A DNA stretch of 64,000 nt from Perkinsus chesapeaki ATCC PRA-425. Lineage: Eukaryota > Protista > Perkinsozoa. Below are positions 58,105 through 64,000 of this stretch, in pieces; position 1 is the stretch's first letter, and each line of letters opens with the position of its first letter. The notes under the pieces are model-generated. The model was not told the DNA's origin and did no database searches. It saw nothing but the letters and a program-made list of their open reading frames with translations. The stretch covers positions 62,001 to 126,000 of the forward strand of contig JAAPAO010000020.1 in NCBI GenBank assembly GCA_013115145.1, in the 5' to 3' direction. Both the position numbers and the translations under genes were made by a program.

Positions 58105-59601
58105 ATGCTCTACCACATTGCTGCCTCTACTAACCAAGAATGCTTTCCTACTTCATTAGGACTAACCTCTGAGCAATGCTGCCATCCAAAGCCCTTTGGC
58201 GACTTTAACTGTTGGGACACCCTTGCCCATACCTACTCCCAGTGCTGCATTCCCGTTTACCTACCTTCCTCAGACTGTCTATCCCGGGCTCAGGCTCTGG
58301 GCTTGGGAAATGCCCCTTGGTGGGTTGGTCTCGAGGCCTGCTGTAGGAACCCTACTGCGCAGGAGTGCTGGAGACCAGAAACGGTTACGGCGTTGAGGGA
58401 CCATACAACAGGGGAGCCTTTGGAAGGAGGACACAGTCTTGAGTACGCCAAATGCTGCCTGGGGGCTATTGAGCTGCTGGGTCCCTCTGAAGACTTCGCT
58501 AGAGGTGTCAGAAAGGCCCTTCAGCCATGGCGTGGCTACAGGGAGGTCATAGGCCAGATGGAGGAAGATGACCCACATAGGTGCCTGTATCGGATACGTA
58601 GTAATATAATATGGCACTGTAACTTCAGTGAGATCCACTACTGGGATATCACAAGGGCCGCCAACATAGCGATTCATACCTTAGCAGTAGTGGCCCCAAA
58701 TGGCCTCCCTGATGTGGACCTATACGTGGCTGGCTACGAGCTAGAGCCACCGAACCCTTCTAGAGGCCCCTACCCTCATCTCCTCTTTGTGTCACGGTTG
58801 GCTAAAGCCTTCAGTGCTACTAGGCGCCAAGGGATCGTTTTGCCTGTATGGGCGCTATTCGGCAGACTGGGTTGGGAGATACCATTAACTTTGGAGAGGA
58901 CATCGGTGCCTTGGGAGAAAAAGCTGCCAATACTGTTCTGGCGAGGGACGTTCGATGGCAATAGGTACAGCAGTGGGTTAGTTGAGAAAGGAGCGGTATG
59001 GGCTAATGTATCCTTCAAGGAGCACTTCCAACGTGTGTTCATTTCTGGTGATGATTGGCAGCTCTATTCTAGGGCTAGACTGGTCCTGTTAAGCAAGACC
59101 TATCCTCATCTCATTGATGCTAAATTCACGGCGGTGGCGGAGACAGCCAGCGCTCGAGTCCAGGCTGAGGTCCGTCGCCTGGGGTTGATGGCTGAGGGGC
59201 ATGTCCCTATAGTGGATCAGGTAGGTCATCTGGGCACCAGACTTGCACTTTGCTGCCTGCAGCTCAGGTACAGGTACCATGTAGACCTGGATGGGTCGGC
59301 TAACAGTGAAAGATTCCTTTGGCTGGCCCAGACTGAGACCACGGTCTTCAGAGTGTACCCTAGACCAATGTACCACTACGCTGACACTTTAGGGTTGGAG
59401 CCCTGGATGGACTATGTCCCTATTAAGGAGGACCTGTCAGACCTGGTCGGTAAGCTTATGGCGTTGGAGGAGAACAAGGCTCGGGCGATGGCCTTGAGCA
59501 TGGCCAGGAAGGCCAAGGAGTGGATGACCTCGTTGGCTGCCCACAGGGCGTTACTGGCCACGATAGAGGAAATTAGCAAGATGCAAAATAGGTCAACTTG
59601 A
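58105..59601 (+). CDS. Glycosyltransferase family 90 (CAP10/POGLUT-like) with Cys-rich N-terminal repeats
   Basis: PWEKKLPILFWRGT; RARLVLLSKTYPHLIDAKFT; YRYHVDLDGSANSERFLWL; LEPWMDYVPIKEDLSDL. Probable 42-nt in-frame intron at 59221-59262. N-terminal CC...CW...Y..CC units. Confidence 0.88.
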   Translation: MLYHIAASTNQECFPTSLGLTSEQCCHPKPFGDFNCWDTLAHTYSQCCIPVYLPSSDCLSRAQALGLGNAPWWVGLEACCRNPTAQECWRPETVTALRDHTTGEPLEGGHSLEYAKCCLGAIELLGPSEDFARGVRKALQPWRGYREVIGQMEEDDPHRCLYRIRSNIIWHCNFSEIHYWDITRAANIAIHTLAVVAPNGLPDVDLYVAGYELEPPNPSRGPYPHLLFVSRLAKAFSATRRQGIVLPVWALFGRLGWEIPLTLERTSVPWEKKLPILFWRGTFDGNRYSSGLVEKGAVWANVSFKEHFQRVFISGDDWQLYSRARLVLLSKTYPHLIDAKFTAVAETASARVQAEVRRLGLMAEGHVPIVDQVGHLGTRLALCCLQLRYRYHVDLDGSANSERFLWLAQTETTVFRVYPRPMYHYADTLGLEPWMDYVPIKEDLSDLVGKLMALEENKARAMALSMARKAKEWMTSLAAHRALLATIEEISKMQNRST

Positions 59602-59712
59602 CTACCTTGCCATGAATGAAGGTTTTCATGTTGTGTTAGAAGCGTTGAGTTTTAGTCTACAAAGTTGAGCCTTCTTCTCCTTCTCCTCCTCCGATATGTG
59701 GGATAATCGGTC

Positions 59713-61731
59713 ATGTTCCCTGCATGCCTACTGTCCCTACTTGCACTAGCCAAGGCCTCTGAGGACCGCGGTCAGGAAATGGCCGCCTTGGCTGGTGGAC
59801 GCTTTCAGTGTCGTACGGATCTCCCTGAGTGGGCAGAGTACCACAAGGCAACCTATTTTGTATCTTTCAACCGTTTCATCACCAAATCAGATATACCGTC
59901 GAGCGGAACGGCAAATCTTCACTCTATGGGATGAAGAGGGCCCAGAGGCCATCCACGACCTGGGAATGGACATCGCGGAGGAGCTAGCGGCCAGCCTAAG
60001 GGCTTTAACCTTGCGGAATGTTACCAGGTGATAAGGGCACGTTGGGCGCTGGGCAATAGGGCTGATGTTAGGGTACTGGAGTGCAATGTGGGGGTTATTG
60101 CTGGGCTCCATCTCCTGGCCAAAAGGCTTTCCCTGCAGTCCAACGCTGTAGCAGATCAGAGACGGGCTTATAGGCTACTGCAGCTTGCTATGATCTTTAT
60201 ATTTACGCTAAGGAACGCCGTTAGGATACCAGCTGCCAGCGAGAGGGAGTGGGGCACTAGCAAGGATGAGATCGTCAGGTCCATACATGGGCTTAGGCTG
60301 AATCTAGGATCGAACGTACCAACTGAGGTGGCAGTGGACCATGACCTGAGGGTGACCGGTATGAGGGTTGGGATAGTATCAATATGCGCCTATCCAGAGG
60401 ACTCGCCGATGCTACTGAGGAGAGTCACACCTCGCAATAGGGAGGCATATACTGCTAGGCACGGCTACAGCAATCTGATGCACCTTGAGAGGCCCATGGG
60501 AGCCGAGGTCCACGTGCAGCACAGCAAGCTCTGGCTGATGGCCGAGTACGTTAGGTCGGGCCAGTACGACTGGTTGGTGTGGATGGACTGTGACTCGATA
60601 ATAATGAATATGACACGCACTATCGACAGCATTGTCATGCAGTACACTCAGAAGGCGGCCGGGCATCAACAGCAGTCCCGGGTAAGGGTGGAGGAGGTGG
60701 TACCAGACTATAGCGGGCTTTGGCAAGACTCGTTCCAAGATGGTGGAAGCCTTATCGCTATCACGCAGCAGGAGGAGATGCTCTCACTGGTGGCTGAGCA
60801 GCTTCCGCTGGGATCATGGGCACAACTGGTCCTTCCCGAGGGTCTGGTCATTAAGGGCAGCTTCGGGCCTGAGGTGGCCTTGGTGGGTCGGTACCTCGCT
60901 GGAGAGATAAGATGGTCGAATGGAGCTATCTGGCGTCGCATACCGCAGATTGGCGGGTGCTCCTGTGACCTTAGTTTGGACCAGTCCTATCTGGTTGACT
61001 ATGTCCTCCAACTTGGCAGGGGTTGCTCTGCTATGTGTAGAGGAAGGAGCGGTATGGACAAGACTGCACGCGTGCGCAGACGGTGTACTAATGATAGGTG
61101 TGATGTTGAGATCGATGACAGCATTGACGTCCTTATAACCGAGGAGGGGTGGGGCCTGTCCAGCGCCAACTGGATCATCCGGGGCAATAGCATCTGGAGC
61201 CAAAGGCTGCTCATGGACGCCTTTCATACGGCTCACCATCAGCTACCTCTGTTCGGTGACCAAGACGCCCTAATTTGGCATCTGACCATGGGCTCCGCTA
61301 CAGACCTTAAGGGCCGCCATACCTTCCATCCACGAGCGAGGGTCATACCGCAAGGGGCGATAAATGCCTATGACGCCCTCAACGCCTACTACATGGCCTG
61401 CGATGCCTTTAGTGGTCCCAAGGGACATCTGCTGGTCACCTTCCCGGGGTGCCGTGATCCTAGGGCGTGTAACCCCCTCTTTGCTGTGGCATACTCTTAC
61501 TCCATTGGAGACCTGCAGTATAACAGGGAGGACTGGGCCCATGTAAGGGTGCTGGGGCCTGGGCAGAGGGCAGTGGAGATGTTTGAAGGTGGACAGGATG
61601 AGACCGGCGGCGGTGGTATAGCTGAGACCAACAATCAAAGGCCAGTGCCCATCGATGACCATGGTCAGTGTGTGGTGAGCAGTCTCCTAGATGATGCTAG
61701 GAAATGTGTAATTAGTATCCAGAGCACATGA
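59713..61731 (+). CDS. Glycosyltransferase family 34 (GMA12/MNN10-like) with signal peptide/anchor and internal insertion
   Basis: MFPACLLSLLALAKA; VGIVSICAY...NREAYTARHGY; HSKLWLMAEY...YDWLVWMDCDSIIMNM (DxD); VLITEEGWGLSSANWIIRG; FGDQDALIW; LLVTFPGC. Confidence 0.88.
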
Positions 61732-61902
61732 CCTTCTGCATGCCTTCCTCTCGCCCATCAACTCGTGTTATTGTTAGTAATGATGTCAATGACAGGTGTA
61801 GGTTTATGGTATCATCATCAACGGGCCATAGTGAGGTTACCTCCAGAGAGGCGGTGGAGTGGGCGGTGGCGTTATTGAGAGCGGTTGGTCTGGTAAAGCA
61901 CC

Positions 61903-62652
61903 GTGGTAATGCTAATGTCATTATACTGGCAGGCTCAAGTGGACATCTCCGACTTCCGCTGTCTCCGAGATTCACCCGCGTCCTCATCTTCTGGCCGAGG
62001 TGCGAGTATCCTTCACAGTGCGTGCAGGTTGGTTACCGAGGACAGCAGTCCTCAAACTTGTCTGGCCAACCTCGGCTACCCTCGCTTGGATGAACTGCGG
62101 TTGGCTTGCAGCGATGGCCCCTCGGACGTAGAGGCTATGAGGGCTGTGATGTGGCTCGTGTTCAATAAGTCCACTGGGCTTCGACGGAAGGCAGATGGAA
62201 CATGGCAGCCCAACATGCCCCGCGTGCTGCGCATCCTCCTCGGTTTGAACCCACGACCTCTGCCTGTCTCCGCAAGGCCTTCGACCACCAGACCATCCAG
62301 CTACGTTGATTCTTTCCACGCGGTTCAGCAGGCTGTGGCCGAGATCGATATGCTCGCTCATGAGAACGCCTCTGTAGTGTGTGCCTTAGCCAAGGCAGAC
62401 TACGGGACGCCGGCCAGCATGCCCAGTGGGAAGGCCGCCGGTATCCTGAACCCCAAAATGGTGAAGTCCCTGGACCAGTACCGAGAGGAGGTTTCCAAGC
62501 TTGAACGCTTGGCGGCCTGTGAGGTTAAATTTTGCGAGTGGCTTCGATCGACGACAGTATACGATTGCTATGGAGAGAAAGATTCCTCGAAGGTTGGCTT
62601 GGGACCTGGAGGTATCTTTGATTTCTTTTACAGGTACCTAATACGGCGGTAA
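61903..62652 (+). CDS. Hypothetical protein; start and internal splicing uncertain
   Basis: 249-aa ORF, with helical C-terminus FHAVQQAVAEIDMLAHENASVVCAL...SLDQYREEVSKLERLAACEVKFCEWL. Confidence 0.45.
   Translation: MVMLMSLYWQAQVDISDFRCLRDSPASSSSGRGASILHSACRLVTEDSSPQTCLANLGYPRLDELRLACSDGPSDVEAMRAVMWLVFNKSTGLRRKADGTWQPNMPRVLRILLGLNPRPLPVSARPSTTRPSSYVDSFHAVQQAVAEIDMLAHENASVVCALAKADYGTPASMPSGKAAGILNPKMVKSLDQYREEVSKLERLAACEVKFCEWLRSTTVYDCYGEKDSSKVGLGPGGIFDFFYRYLIRR
62230..62259 (-). pseudogene. Possible tRNA 3'-half fragment, antisense in an inferred intron
   Basis: - strand AGGTC-GTGGG-TTCAAAC-CGAGG-AGGATGC-G. Two candidate introns of 49 and 53 nt together preserve the frame. Confidence 0.4.
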
Positions 62653-62818
62653 GGTTGAGTTTACAGAACGAAGAGTTTGATAACATTCTTAGTGAATGCA
62701 TGTGCATCCTGTCCAGGCCGCCCTATGGCCTGCATTTTCACAAAGCTGGGGTATACGAGCCCTGACCGGCAGATGATCCGAGTTGTTAATTAATGCTTCG
62801 GTGAGTATATTGAAATCT

Positions 62819-64000
62819 ATGACCACTCCAGAGGCGTCGGAGAGGAGGAGGACAAGGGTTAGAATAGAAGTGTCCCCACTTAGTGTGCCACAGTCGGCTA
62901 CGACCGACTCTCGTAGACTCTCCGAACTCATATCAAGCGATGAGAATTCAGAACGCAGCAAAGGCAACCGAAGAGTGAGAAAGCGACTGTAGAGGAGCTT
63001 CTGCTAGTCATGTTTGCCAGACGTCCTTGGCGAGCTTGCCTGGGAAGAGGCTGCTACAGCCAAGCCAGCTGGACAATATAGAGGAGCTGCCTCTGGCGGA
63101 CGCTGAGGCTTCCTCGTCCAAGAAGGCGTGTCTGAGGCAGGTGGACCCTGTCGATGGCAATGAGGAGAAGGCTGCTGAGTTGAGGAATGAGATCGGAAGG
63201 CTACAGGAGAAGATAGCATGGATGACGTCCAAGGGTGTATCTGGTGTGGACAGTGGCCTAAGATTGGCGGACATGCAAGAGGAGCTCCGACAAGAAAGAG
63301 AACATTCTGCAAGGCTGAAGGTGGTGATATGGGCGGTGTAAGGAGTATCTTAGGTTGAAGCAGGTTAAATATGAGAGGTTGGAGAGAAGAGTAGAGGACT
63401 CTGATAGGCTACAAGCCGAGCTCAGAGCTGCGAGGGAGGAGGCTAAGGCGTATAGGAATCAAGTTACAGTAGGAAGAATAGGATGACTACTAGCGGCGTT
63501 GAGCAGGATCGGTGGTGCCTACAAGGCCGGTCCATATCAGGTCATTGGTCAGCCTCGCCGTGGAAATGTGTGCCGTGAGGGTCGGAATGAGCTGTAGCGA
63601 ACGGTGCTGCAAATTCCAATAGTGTTTGTAGTGGACGAGGAGCGTGAAGTGCCTCTGAAAACCTTTCGTGTCCCCCCTCCCAGCTGGTGTATGCATTCCG
63701 ATACCTACTGACTACCCTATATGGACTCAGCAGCTTGTTGATATAAACTGCAGGCACTGGAGATGAAGGTGGCAGCAGATGATGACCATGACCGAACATT
63801 GGCCGCTTTGACCAAGATGAATCAGGAGCTGGACCAGCGGGCAACTGAGGCTACCAATGAGACCGAGGGTGTTAGGAAGGTGGGGACGGCGGTGTCGAGC
63901 AGCAGCAGCAGCCCGGCAGAGGTGTGCTCAGGTGTACGAGGAGAAGGTGGCGACATTGAAGGCTGACATGGAGAGACTTCAAGCGACATCGGAGGAAGCA
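62819..64000 (+). CDS. Hypothetical coiled-coil protein, truncated by the window end
   Basis: MTTPEASERRRTRV...; EEKAAELRNEIGRLQEKIAWM; LADMQEELRQEREHSARLK; RTLAALTKMNQELDQRATEATNETEG. Confidence 0.55.

Noticed and set aside
61728-62093. ORF starting in an ATGA overlap with the GT34 stop, suggesting translational coupling
   Set aside because: The product is not protein-like and overlaps the better ORF 61903..62652 in another frame; likely chance.

Overview
Gene-dense, intron-rich eukaryotic genomic window with short, mostly ~30-90 nt GT-AG introns and one 100-N scaffold gap. The gene content (beta-alpha fused NAD(P) transhydrogenases, a RAP-domain protein, a Mei2-like protein with a VKNTF motif) points to an alveolate, most likely a perkinsid; this is an inference, not a database result. 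Recognisable genes: UFD1, p23/Sba1 co-chaperone, a TEY MAP kinase, two tandem intronless transhydrogenases, PPIL3-like cyclophilin, CHCHD2/Mix17-like protein, TauD/TfdA-type dioxygenase, dual-specificity phosphatase, DUF4833 protein, BTB/POZ protein, RAP protein, Mei2-like RRM protein, a very large two-CW-zinc-finger protein, TFIP11/Ntr1 (G-patch), an LRR protein, and adjacent GT90 and GT34 glycosyltransferases, plus several hypothetical genes. Genes fall in long same-strand blocks. The most unusual signal is a dispersed set of at least 8 (up to ~11) tRNA 3'-half fragments. Each has T-arm, 7-nt acceptor strand and discriminator at canonical spacing, five are followed by an oligo-T Pol III terminator, and they look like different isotypes. 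They sit mostly inside short spliceosomal introns of unrelated genes. All exon boundaries and many gene ends were read by eye and are approximate.
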